Below are positions 1 through 8,046 of a DNA stretch of 64,000 nucleotides, one piece after another. Under the pieces are notes generated by a model. That model made no database searches and was not told the origin of the DNA. It saw nothing but the letters and a program-made list of their open reading frames with translations. Origin of the DNA: Wenzhouxiangellaceae bacterium (GTDB lineage Bacteria; Pseudomonadota; Gammaproteobacteria; Xanthomonadales; Wenzhouxiangellaceae); assembly GCA_039794245.1 (NCBI GenBank), contig JBDIVS010000004.1, forward strand, positions 7,109 through 71,108, written 5' to 3'. The position numbers and the translations under genes were made by a program. The first letter of the stretch is position 1. Each line of letters opens with the position of its first letter.

Positions 1-85
1 ACCTGGGGTGACGCGTCCGGTTTCTCGCCCAAGCTGCACTCGCTCACTTGACCGAGAATTCCGGGAATTTATGCAACAGTTGGGT
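1..85 (-). repeat. MITE-like dispersed element, GC-rich left arm only (cut by window edge), inverted orientation
   Basis: The reverse complement of 1-85 matches 1182-1266 at 83 of 85 positions. It ends in the terminal repeat AATTTATGCAACAGTTGGGT. Confidence 0.85.
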
Positions 86-216
86 CTACTGTCCTTCGTG
101 GTGAAAAATATTTTTCCTGGATTTTCGCAGGCGCCTGTCTGCGTGCGTACACGCACAGGCAGGCGGGAATGGGTGCGCCCGCGGTCATTCGCCACTGAGA
201 AGCCTGAGGATTCAAC

Positions 217-900
217 TCAATACTGCCGTAACTCGATCTTGAGTCCGGTGCGCTGTTCGAGCGCGGCGCGGTTGGCCTGGCGTTCTTCCTCGTCGCGATA
301 GGCGAAGGCGGCCATGAAACGTCCGGGGCGGGTTTCGAGAGGGCGGATTTCGATGCCGGTCTGCTGCTCCAGTTTGGCGGCGAAACGGGCGGCCGAGGTG
401 GCGTTGTTGAACGGCCCCCAGAACGGCTGCCATTGCGGTTCGTCCGCGGTGTCACCGGCGGCGGTGGTGTCCGGCACGGTGGATTCAGGGAGTTGGCCGG
501 CTCCCGGCCGGTCTTCCGGCGCCGCTGCCGATGTCGCTGCCGGTGTCGCTGCCACAGTTTGCGCCTCGCCGGTGGGGATCGTCACCTGCGGTGCCGTGAC
601 GGGTGTTTCATCGAATGGTGTTTCAGCTTCGGGCTCGGGCTGGGCGAGCGGTGTATCAGCGCGGGTTTCGCCGGTTGTTGCGGGTGTTGCCGCTGGCGTT
701 TGGACCCCGGTTGGCGCCGGTTGCGGCGGTGCGGCGGATTCTACTTTCGCCTGCGGCAGCCCGCTGGGAGCCGAGGTGGCCCCGGGCTCTGCTGCCGGGT
801 GCTGGCGGCCGGGCTGGAACCAGCCGGCGGTGTGCAGCACGGCGTAAGCGGCCAGTGCGGCGATCAGCAAAAATCCGAGAATGAACCCGAGGCGGCGCAT
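217..900 (-). CDS. SPOR domain-containing membrane protein
   Basis: 227 aa. N-terminal TM helix (LGFILGFLLIAALAAYAVL), a Pro/Ala/Thr-rich linker and a C-terminal SPOR-like block (FWGPFNNATSAARFAAKLEQQTGIEIRP...FMAAFAYRDEEE). Confidence 0.8.
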   Translation of the reverse strand: MRRLGFILGFLLIAALAAYAVLHTAGWFQPGRQHPAAEPGATSAPSGLPQAKVESAAPPQPAPTGVQTPAATPATTGETRADTPLAQPEPEAETPFDETPVTAPQVTIPTGEAQTVAATPAATSAAAPEDRPGAGQLPESTVPDTTAAGDTADEPQWQPFWGPFNNATSAARFAAKLEQQTGIEIRPLETRPGRFMAAFAYRDEEERQANRAALEQRTGLKIELRQY

Positions 901-1181
901 GAGGCGGGGATCACCAGAGTGTTGCAGGAATCGGGTTCATATCATACATAAATACTGTCATGCACAGCGCGAGGGTGTCCCTGAAAAGGAACTCGTCAAG
1001 AATCTCGATCAAGACAATCGCATGCCGGTCGGATTTATTTTTTTAACATCAACGTGGTATATTTGTTCTATGAGAGGACGAGTGGGAAAAGGCATGCGAT
1101 GGACCGAGGATCGACATTGTCCGTTGCGCTATTTTTATTGCAGTAATCGAAATGGGGGTTATTGTTATGAAACGCGTGTTT

Positions 1182-1355
1182 ACCCAACTGTTGCATAAAT
1201 TCCCGGAATGCTCGGTCAAGTGAGCGAGTGCAGCTTGGGCGAGAAACCGGGCGCGTCACCCCAGGTGAATTCGATGCTTTGACTAATATTCTCATAACTT
1301 ATTGATTTAATTAAGAAATCTATAAATTCAAGCAAAATTTATGCAACTGTTGGGT
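1182..1355 (+). mobile_element. MITE-like non-autonomous element, short variant, complete (174 bp)
   Basis: Starts ACCCAACTGTTGCATAAATT and ends AATTTATGCAACTGTTGGGT, a 20-bp terminal inverted repeat with 1 mismatch. GC-rich left arm and AT-rich right arm. Homologous copies lie at 1-85, 31944-32184, 44311-44430 and 58455-58705. Confidence 0.8.
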
Positions 1356-1453
1356 CAAGACAGCCGAGCACCAGGCATAGGTATCGTGATCTCATCGGGC
1401 TGTTATTCGCCCGGTCGTGGTTACGGATCTCGGGATAGTATAGAGATATTTAG

Positions 1454-1939
1454 CTAAAGTAACGTCCGGCGCAGCCATTCTCCGGCGGCGGGGCTCAGGG
1501 CGGTGATCGCAAGGTCACGGTTTTGTCCGCCGCCGGCAAGATCGAGGCGCAGGTCGGCGGGTGGCAGGTGACCGGCGCCGTGTTTCGGCCATTCGACGAG
1601 CAGCACTGTGGGTGAAATGGCGAGGAGTTCGTCGAGGCCGAGTTCGTCGATTTCGGCGGGGTGTTGGATCCGGTAGAGATCGAGGTGCACCGCCTGGCCG
1701 ACGGCCAGCGGGTAACACTCCATCAAGGCGTAAGTAGGGCTCGGGATACGCTCGGGTCCGCCGAGGGCCCGGATCAGGGCGCGGGCGAAGGTCGTTTTGC
1801 CGCTGCCGAGATCGCCGTGTAATTCGATGACGGCGTCGGTGCCGGCGATTTGGGCGGCGAGCCGTCCGGCGAAGCGGTTCATCGCCGCTTCGTCGAGTGT
1901 CGCGCGATAGCGCATGATGACCGGTTCGCTGGCGGCCAT
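1454..1939 (-). CDS. tsaE: tRNA threonylcarbamoyladenosine biosynthesis ATPase TsaE
   Basis: 161 aa. P-loop GDLGSGKTTFARAL followed by SPTYAL..Y, the typical YjeE/TsaE layout. Lies immediately downstream of nnr. Confidence 0.9.
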   Translation of the reverse strand: MAASEPVIMRYRATLDEAAMNRFAGRLAAQIAGTDAVIELHGDLGSGKTTFARALIRALGGPERIPSPTYALMECYPLAVGQAVHLDLYRIQHPAEIDELGLDELLAISPTVLLVEWPKHGAGHLPPADLRLDLAGGGQNRDLAITALSPAAGEWLRRTLL

Positions 1940-1942
1940 CTA

Positions 1943-3469
1943 TTAGGTCTTGCCGCCGGCCAGGACCGCCGGCAGTGCATCGGCCAGTTCGCCGGCCAGC
2001 AGGCCGCGATCGCGCCCTGGTGCAGCGGTCTCGCCGGCGCGGGCATGGGCCAGCGCCGCGGCGCAGGCCGCGGCCCACGGTTCGAGACCTTGCGCCAACA
2101 GGGCGCCGGCCAACCCGGTCAGAACGTCGCCCATACCGGCCGTGGCCATCGCCGGGGTGCCGTGACCGATCACCGCCAGCCGCCCGTCCGGGCCGGCGAT
2201 CAACGAGCCGGTGCCTTTGAGGATGGTCACCGCCCGGTACTGTTGGGCGATCGCCCGGGCGGCGGCAGGCCGGTCGTTGCCGATCGCCGAAACGGGGATC
2301 CCCAATAGGCGCGCCGCCTCGCCGGGGTGCGGGGTCAAAAGGCGTACCGCGCCGGGCGGCCAGGCGGTTCCGGCGGCCTGCTTGTGACCGGCCAGCAGAT
2401 TCAGCCCGTCGGCATCGATGACGACCGGCCGGGGATCGCCGGCGAGCCGGTCAAACAGCGACCTCGACCAGCGGCTTTGCCCGAGCCCCGGGCCGAGCGC
2501 GATCACCGTTGCCCGGGCGAGGGCGCTTTCGGTGTGGGACGCTTGCCGCCAGCCGGTCGGCCAGCCTGCGGTCATCAACTCCGGCCGGTGGAGCGGAATC
2601 CAGGCGGCATGCCGGCGGTGGGTCAGCACGGTGACCAGGCCGGCGCCGCCGCGCAGGGCGCCGCGGCCGGCGAGCAGCGCGGCGCCGAGCATGCCGGGCT
2701 GGCCGCCGGCGATCAGCAGGTGACCGCATTGTCCCTTGTGGGTTGACGGCGACCGCGGCGGCAGTTCGGGATCGCCGGTCAACAGTTCGGCATCGGGCGC
2801 GATGCCGGCGCGATGGGCCGGGTCGCCGTCGAGCGGGGCGACGACGATCCGGCCGCAAAGATCGGGGCCGTGGCCGGTGTACAGCCCGGTTTTGGCGGCA
2901 ACGAACGTCACTGTCAGATCGGCGCGCAGTGCCGCGCCGGGGGTGCAGCCGCGGTCGGCGTCGAGCCCGGACGGCACATCGAGGGCGAGGACCGGCGCCG
3001 CCTGCCTGCCGGCCCAGGCGATGGCCGCGGCGTAAGCGTCGCGCGGCGCGGCGTCGAGCCCGGTGCCGAACAGCGCGTCGGCGATCAGCACGGGTTCGGA
3101 CCCGGAAGCTAAACGATCTGCGGCCGCTTCGCAAAACGGCTCCCAAGCGCCGCCGGCGGCGAGGTAATTGCGCGCCGCGGCGGCGGCGTCGCCGCCGAGC
3201 GCCGCCGGTTCGCGCAGCGCCAGCACGTTGACCTCGAGACCGGCGCCGCGGGCCAGGCGGGCCAGCACCCAGCCGTCGCCGCCGTTGTTGCCGCCGCCGG
3301 TCAGAACCAGCAGGCGGCGCGTTCCGGGCCAGCGCTCGTTTAGACATTCCCACGCGGCCCGGCCGGCGAGCTGCATGATGCGGTAGCCGTCGCCGCCGGC
3401 GGCGGCGATCAGCCGCTCGTCGATCTGGCGTACGCCGGCCGCCCGATATAATCCCGCCTTATTCACCAC
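1943..3469 (-). CDS. nnr: Bifunctional NAD(P)H-hydrate epimerase / ADP-dependent dehydratase
   Basis: 508 aa. N-terminal YjeF_N block (GGGNNGGDG) and a C-terminal carbohydrate-kinase-like block (HKGQCGHLLIAGG...GMGDVLTG). GTG start. Confidence 0.9.
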   Translation of the reverse strand: MVNKAGLYRAAGVRQIDERLIAAAGGDGYRIMQLAGRAAWECLNERWPGTRRLLVLTGGGNNGGDGWVLARLARGAGLEVNVLALREPAALGGDAAAAARNYLAAGGAWEPFCEAAADRLASGSEPVLIADALFGTGLDAAPRDAYAAAIAWAGRQAAPVLALDVPSGLDADRGCTPGAALRADLTVTFVAAKTGLYTGHGPDLCGRIVVAPLDGDPAHRAGIAPDAELLTGDPELPPRSPSTHKGQCGHLLIAGGQPGMLGAALLAGRGALRGGAGLVTVLTHRRHAAWIPLHRPELMTAGWPTGWRQASHTESALARATVIALGPGLGQSRWSRSLFDRLAGDPRPVVIDADGLNLLAGHKQAAGTAWPPGAVRLLTPHPGEAARLLGIPVSAIGNDRPAAARAIAQQYRAVTILKGTGSLIAGPDGRLAVIGHGTPAMATAGMGDVLTGLAGALLAQGLEPWAAACAAALAHARAGETAAPGRDRGLLAGELADALPAVLAGGKT

Positions 3470-3631
3470 CCTTCCTACTGCGGCGCCGCCAGGCCCCGCG
3501 TCTGTGGCGTTTCGCTCGGTCGCGCTTCCTCACCGTACCGGCAAGTACGTTTCCGGTGCACTCGGTCGCAAAACGCCGCAGCCACAGGGCCTGACGACCC
3601 CTCGCGACGGTAGGGTGGTGAATAAGGCGGG
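3453..3631. repeat. 20-bp perfect inverted repeat (3453-3472 / 3612-3631) enclosing a 139-bp imperfectly palindromic spacer
   Basis: CCCGCCTTATTCACCACCCT at 3453-3472 is the exact reverse complement of 3612-3631. The left arm contains the nnr GTG start and its first 5 codons. Confidence 0.8.
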
Positions 3632-3774
3632 ATATTGCAATCCGATGCATGTCGGCGATTATAAGTCGCCGCCCGTTGACCTTGCGGGACTATCTTTTCG
3701 GTTTGCCGGCCTACTGGCGTCAAAATGGCGACAATGATATAGTGTTCAATCAGGCAATCATTTGGAGGGGGAAA

Positions 3775-4086
3775 ATGGGAACCGCAATTGCCAAGCAGGA
3801 TCGTATTGGTGCCCGGGTTCCTCATGAGGTCTATGAGACGCTATGCCGGGCCGCGGAGTTGACCGGTGCTACGGTCAATCAGTTTCTGGTGCAGGCCGCA
3901 TTGAAAGAGGCGCGGACTGTCATCGAATGTGAAGAGGTGATTCGTCTGTCGCCACGCGACTGGAACTGGCTACTCGACCTCATGGAAAACCCGGGTAAGC
4001 CCAACGCCAAACTGAAGGCGGCCATGAAGCGCTACCGGAAGGCCAGGCTGGATGATGCGGGTACTGCCGTTAACCGGGGCCCATGA
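3775..4086 (+). CDS. Type II antitoxin, DUF1778 (TacA-like, RHH)
   Basis: 103 aa from the ATG at 3775, preceded by GGAGGGGG. IGARVPHEVYETLCRAAELTGATVNQFLVQAAL is the DUF1778 signature. Overlaps the downstream GNAT gene. Confidence 0.85.
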   Translation: MGTAIAKQDRIGARVPHEVYETLCRAAELTGATVNQFLVQAALKEARTVIECEEVIRLSPRDWNWLLDLMENPGKPNAKLKAAMKRYRKARLDDAGTAVNRGP

Positions 4087-4537
4087 CCGGCAGGGTTTCG
4101 ATTGCGGTCGCCGGGAACTGAACGACTGGTTGCGGCGGGTCGCCCGCCAGCATCAGGACAAGGGGCTATCCAAGACCTTCGTCGCCAGCCGCGAGCAGGA
4201 ACCCTCCCGCATCTGCGGCTATTACGCCCTGGCCCTTGCTGAACTTGAAAACCGCCATCTACCCGAACCCTGGCGCAAGAAGCTGCCGCGCCGCATCCCC
4301 GGCGTGCGACTGGGGCGGCTGGCCGTCGATCAACACGATCAGGGCAAAAACCTTGGCGAGTTGCTGCTCGTCGATGCCCTGACCCGGGCTCGGCACATTG
4401 ACGCCGAGGCAAGCGGTATCGGCTTATTCGTCGATGCGATAGATGAGCAGGCGGCAGGGTATTACCGGCGTTTCGGTTTCGATGCGTCGCCCGGCAACCC
4501 GTTGCTGCTGTTTCTTCCGGCGCGAGTGATCGGGTGA
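4052..4537 (+). CDS. Type II toxin, GNAT-family acetyltransferase (TacT/KacT-like)
   Basis: 161 aa. HDRQGFDCGRRELNDWL at the N-terminus and LGRLAVDQHDQGKNLGELLL...YYRRFGF, a GNAT core. Paired with a DUF1778 gene. Confidence 0.85.
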   Translation: MMRVLPLTGAHDRQGFDCGRRELNDWLRRVARQHQDKGLSKTFVASREQEPSRICGYYALALAELENRHLPEPWRKKLPRRIPGVRLGRLAVDQHDQGKNLGELLLVDALTRARHIDAEASGIGLFVDAIDEQAAGYYRRFGFDASPGNPLLLFLPARVIG

Positions 4538-4578
4538 TTCGGCATCGCAGAAAGGAGAGCACGGATTGTCAGCCAGGC

Positions 4579-5667
4579 ATGCACGGCGATGCCTATGGCG
4601 GGGGCGGCATCGTAGCTCCGACTGTAGACCTTACCTCGCTCAAGAGCCGGATCCGGGAATGGGGTGCGGCGCTCGGTTTTCAGCAGATCGGGGTCAGCGA
4701 CGTCGATCTTGCCGGTGCGGAAAAACGGCTTGCCGAGTGGCTCGAGGCCGGTTATCACGGCGAGATGTCGTATATGGCGCGGCACGGCCGCAAGCGCAGC
4801 CGGCCGGCGCACTTGATCCCCGGCGTCAAGCGCGTCATCTGCGCCCGGCTCGATTACCTGCCGCCCGCCGCACCGCTCGCCGCTGTGCTGGCCGACGATC
4901 GCCAAGGGACGATTTCGCGTTATGCGCTCGGCCGGGATTACCACAAGGTGCTGCGCCGGCGCCTCAAGCGGCTGGCCGATCGAATCGCCGATGTCGCGCC
5001 GCATCGCCACCGGGTGTTCACCGACAGCGCCCCGGTGCTCGAAAAGCCGTTGGCCGAAAAAGCCGGCCTCGGGTGGATCGGCAAACACACCAACCTCATC
5101 AACCGGCAGGCCGGAAGCTGGTTTTTCCTCGGTGAGATCTACACCGACCTGCCGTTGCCGGTGGATACGCCGGCAAGCGACCATTGCGGCGCCTGCCGCC
5201 GCTGTCTCGAGGTCTGTCCGACGCAGGCGATCGTCGCGCCTTACGTGCTCGACGCCCGGCGCTGTATCTCGTACCTGACGATCGAACTGCACGGTCCGAT
5301 CCCGCGTGAATTCCGGCCAATGATCGGCAACCGGATCTACGGCTGCGACGATTGCCAGGCGGTGTGCCCGTGGAACCGCTTTGCGCACCTTTCGGCTGAG
5401 ACCGATTTTTTGCCGCGCCACGGGCTCGATGCCCCGGCGCTTGTCGAGCTGTTCGCCTGGGACGAGGCGGCTTTCACGGCGCGCACCGAAGGCAGTGCCA
5501 TCCGCCGCCTGGGCCACGAGCGCTGGTTGCGCAATATTGCCGTGGCGCTCGGCAATGCGCGGCGCGGCGCTGACCTCTGCCGGGCGCTCGAGGCGCGCCT
5601 GTCGCACCCGTCTGAGGTGGTGCGCGAGCACGTCGCCTGGGCGTTGGAACGGCAGGCCGGTGGTTGA
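4579..5667 (+). CDS. queG: tRNA epoxyqueuosine(34) reductase
   Basis: Two 4Fe-4S motifs (CGACRRCLEVCP and CDDCQAVCPWN) and a C-terminal HEAT-like tail (HVAWAL). The start is uncertain: the ORF opens at GTG 4534, and ATG 4579 follows AAAGGAGAG. Confidence 0.85.
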   Translation: MHGDAYGGGGIVAPTVDLTSLKSRIREWGAALGFQQIGVSDVDLAGAEKRLAEWLEAGYHGEMSYMARHGRKRSRPAHLIPGVKRVICARLDYLPPAAPLAAVLADDRQGTISRYALGRDYHKVLRRRLKRLADRIADVAPHRHRVFTDSAPVLEKPLAEKAGLGWIGKHTNLINRQAGSWFFLGEIYTDLPLPVDTPASDHCGACRRCLEVCPTQAIVAPYVLDARRCISYLTIELHGPIPREFRPMIGNRIYGCDDCQAVCPWNRFAHLSAETDFLPRHGLDAPALVELFAWDEAAFTARTEGSAIRRLGHERWLRNIAVALGNARRGADLCRALEARLSHPSEVVREHVAWALERQAGG

Positions 5668-5776
5668 CAGACACCGGTGCCTTTGCCGCCGACCGGCGGT
5701 CATGATAGTCTGGCAGCCTTTCACGGGCCGGAGCCTGGCCCGTCATCCCAGTGCCGAACGTGATTACCGAAAGTGA

Positions 5777-7288
5777 TTGCCCATGGATTTATTCGAGAAA
5801 CTGCAAGTCCTGCGCCGTTCCGGCGGTGAAATCGAAACCACCGGTCTGGATGAAACCCGGCTCAAGCCGTTTTTGACCGCCGATCCGCTGCTTGCCGAGG
5901 CGGTGACCGCAGCGCATGACGCTTACCTGGCACTGGCTGCCGACGATCCCGAATCTGCTGCGCTCGGCGAACGCGAACAGATCGCCCGCGTCCAGCACGA
6001 TTACCTCAATTTCTATCCCGAGGATGCGGTCAATCCCTACGTCGCGCTCGCCGCGCGCGGCCCGTGGATCGTCACCAGCAAGGGTGCGGTGCTGTACGAC
6101 GCCGGCGGTTACGGCATGCTCGGGCTCGGTCACGCGCCGCCGGCGGTGCTCGCCGCGCTGGCCGGACCTTATGTGATGGCCAACGTGATGACGCCGAATT
6201 TCAGCCAGATGCGACTTGGCAAGGCGCTGCGCCGCGAGATCGGCCGGCAGCGCCCCGGCGGCTGTCCGTTTGCGCGTTTTTTGTGCGTCAACTCCGGGTC
6301 CGAGGCGGTCAGCGTCGCGGCCCGCATCGCCGATATCAACGCCCGGATCCAGACCGACCCCAGTGGTCCAGCGCGCGGCCACAAAATCCAACGGCTCGGC
6401 CTGCGCGGCGGCTTCCACGGCCGCACCGACCGCCCGGCGCGTTATTCCGATTCGAGCCACAAGGTCTATGCCAGCCACCTTGCCAGCTTCCGCGACCGCG
6501 ACGATCTGTTGACCGTCGAACTCAACAGCACGACACAACTGGCGCAGATTTTCGAATTCTGCCGCCACAACCGCATTTTTATAGAGGCGCTGTTCATCGA
6601 GCCGGTGATGGGCGAGGGCAACCCGGGTGCCGGCATCACGCCGGAGTTTTATGCCCTGGCGCGGCAGTTGACGCTGGAACACGGCACCTTGCTTTTGGTG
6701 GACAGCATCCAGGCCGGACTGCGCGCCCACGGCGTGCTGTCGATCACCGATTACCCCGGCTTCGAGACGCTGCCGCCGCCGGACATGGAAACCTATTCCA
6801 AGGCATTGAACGCCGGGCAGTTCCCGCTTTCGGTACTGGCCCTGACCGAGCGCGCCGCGGCGCTGTACCGCAAGGGGGTGTACGGCAACACGATGACCAC
6901 CAACCCGCGTGCCCTCGAGGTGGCGGTCGCGGTGCTCGACAGCCTGACGCCCAAACTGCGCGCCAATATCCGCGAGCGCGGCGCTGAACTGGTCGAGCGG
7001 TTCGAGGCGCTGCGCGGCGAGATCGATGGGGCGATCGTCCGCGTCCAGGGCACGGGCTTGCTGTTCAGCCTTGAACTCGACAGCCGGGTGTACAAGTGCT
7101 TCGGTCGCGACAGTATCGAGGAGTATCTGCGTCATCACGGTATCAACGTCATTCACGGCGGGGAAAACGCGCTGCGCTACACGCCGCATTTCGCGATCAA
7201 CGGCGCCGAAGTGGAACTGCTCGTCACGGCGACGCGCGAGGCGCTGCTCCACGGCCCGCGCAAGGCCGCCGTCGAGGAAGCGGCATGA
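5777..7288 (+). CDS. Class III (PLP-dependent) aminotransferase family protein
   Basis: 503 aa. Motifs GYGMLGLGHAPP, NSGSEAV, LFIEPVMGEGNPG, LLVDSIQAGLRAHG and a PLP-lysine context YSKALNAG. Confidence 0.8.
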   Translation: MPMDLFEKLQVLRRSGGEIETTGLDETRLKPFLTADPLLAEAVTAAHDAYLALAADDPESAALGEREQIARVQHDYLNFYPEDAVNPYVALAARGPWIVTSKGAVLYDAGGYGMLGLGHAPPAVLAALAGPYVMANVMTPNFSQMRLGKALRREIGRQRPGGCPFARFLCVNSGSEAVSVAARIADINARIQTDPSGPARGHKIQRLGLRGGFHGRTDRPARYSDSSHKVYASHLASFRDRDDLLTVELNSTTQLAQIFEFCRHNRIFIEALFIEPVMGEGNPGAGITPEFYALARQLTLEHGTLLLVDSIQAGLRAHGVLSITDYPGFETLPPPDMETYSKALNAGQFPLSVLALTERAAALYRKGVYGNTMTTNPRALEVAVAVLDSLTPKLRANIRERGAELVERFEALRGEIDGAIVRVQGTGLLFSLELDSRVYKCFGRDSIEEYLRHHGINVIHGGENALRYTPHFAINGAEVELLVTATREALLHGPRKAAVEEAA

Positions 7289-7875
7289 GTTGGATCAAGC
7301 CTTTGCCGGCGGCGGCGACGCCGGAGTTGGCCGAGGATTTCGCGGTCTTCGAACGCATATTGGGTTTCGTTCCGAACAGCCTGTTGACGATGCAGCGGCG
7401 CCCGGCGATCGTCAAGGGTTTCGGCGTGCTGACCCGCGCCGTGATGGACCCGGAAGGCAGCGTACCTGGCGGCTTCAAACGCCTGCTCGCCCACTTCGCG
7501 AGCACCGCCGCCGGTTGCCGCTACTGCCAGGCGCATTCGTTGATTGCCGCCGAACTGTCCGGCGTGGCGCCGGAAAAACTCAAAGCGCTGTGGTCGTACC
7601 AGGAAAGTCCGCTGTACAGTGCGGCCGAACGCGCCGCGCTTGATTTCGCACTCGCCGCCGGCAGCGTGCCGAACGCCGTGGATGCGGAGTTGATGGCCCG
7701 CCTGAAGCAGCACTGGAGCGACGAGCAGATCGTCGAGATGCTGGCCGCGATCTGCCTTTACGGTTTTTTGAACCGCTGGAACGATTCAATGGCCACCGAC
7801 CTCGAAGCGGCGCCCCTGGCCAAGGCCCGCGCCGTGCTCGCCCCGGACTGGGATCCGGGCAAGCACGGCGAGTGA
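7285..7875 (+). CDS. Carboxymuconolactone decarboxylase / AhpD-like peroxidase-related protein
   Basis: 196 aa from ATG 7285, in an ATGA overlap with the upstream stop. CRYCQAHS (CxxC) lies in a CMD-like context. Confidence 0.75.
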   Translation: MSWIKPLPAAATPELAEDFAVFERILGFVPNSLLTMQRRPAIVKGFGVLTRAVMDPEGSVPGGFKRLLAHFASTAAGCRYCQAHSLIAAELSGVAPEKLKALWSYQESPLYSAAERAALDFALAAGSVPNAVDAELMARLKQHWSDEQIVEMLAAICLYGFLNRWNDSMATDLEAAPLAKARAVLAPDWDPGKHGE

Positions 7876-7967
7876 TCGCCGGGCGAAGGACCGCACCCGA
7901 TCTGGGCCGCACCGGTCTAAAATCCCGGTTAACTCCTTATCCCACCTGAAATTTTTCGCTCCACCGC

Positions 7968-7996
7968 TTGACAGCGGGGCCGGGAAGGTCTATCTT
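7968..7996 (+). promoter_or_regulatory. Sigma70-type promoter of the dcw cluster (Pmra-like)
   Basis: TTGACA (7968-7973), a 17-bp spacer, then TATCTT (7991-7996), about 50 nt upstream of mraZ. Confidence 0.6.
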
Positions 7997-8006
7997 CGTG
8001 TCCTGA

Positions 8007-8031
8007 GTGGTAAAAAGTGTGAAATTGTGGG
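8007..8031 (+). promoter_or_regulatory. Putative MraZ operator (three GTG[GT]G boxes at 10-bp phasing)
   Basis: GTGGT at 8007, GTGTG at 8017 and GTGGG at 8027, spaced exactly 10 bp, between the promoter and the mraZ start. Confidence 0.5.
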
Positions 8032-8046
8032 AGAGCGGGGCGATCT

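Noticed and set aside
1070-1198. 42-codon Cys-rich ORF (MRGRVGKGMRWTEDRHCPLRYFYCSNRNGGYCYETRVYPTVA) in the AT-rich spacer.
   Set aside because: There is no recognisable ribosome-binding site. Its last codons and stop come from the element terminus. I recognise no family.
1182-1355. Integron attC site or CALIN interpretation of the repeats. The termini fit RYYYAAC (ACCCAAC) and GTTRRRY (GTTGGGT), one copy overlaps a toxin-antitoxin gene end, and cassette-like small genes are nearby.
   Set aside because: The interior is not self-complementary, because a GC-rich left arm faces an AT-rich right arm, so it cannot form the attC bottom-strand hairpin. Lengths of 159-241 bp are large for attC sites. 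Copies are scattered among core genes in both orientations rather than arrayed. No intI gene is present. One copy is nested inside another, which fits transposition better. An IntegronFinder attC covariance-model scan would settle the question.
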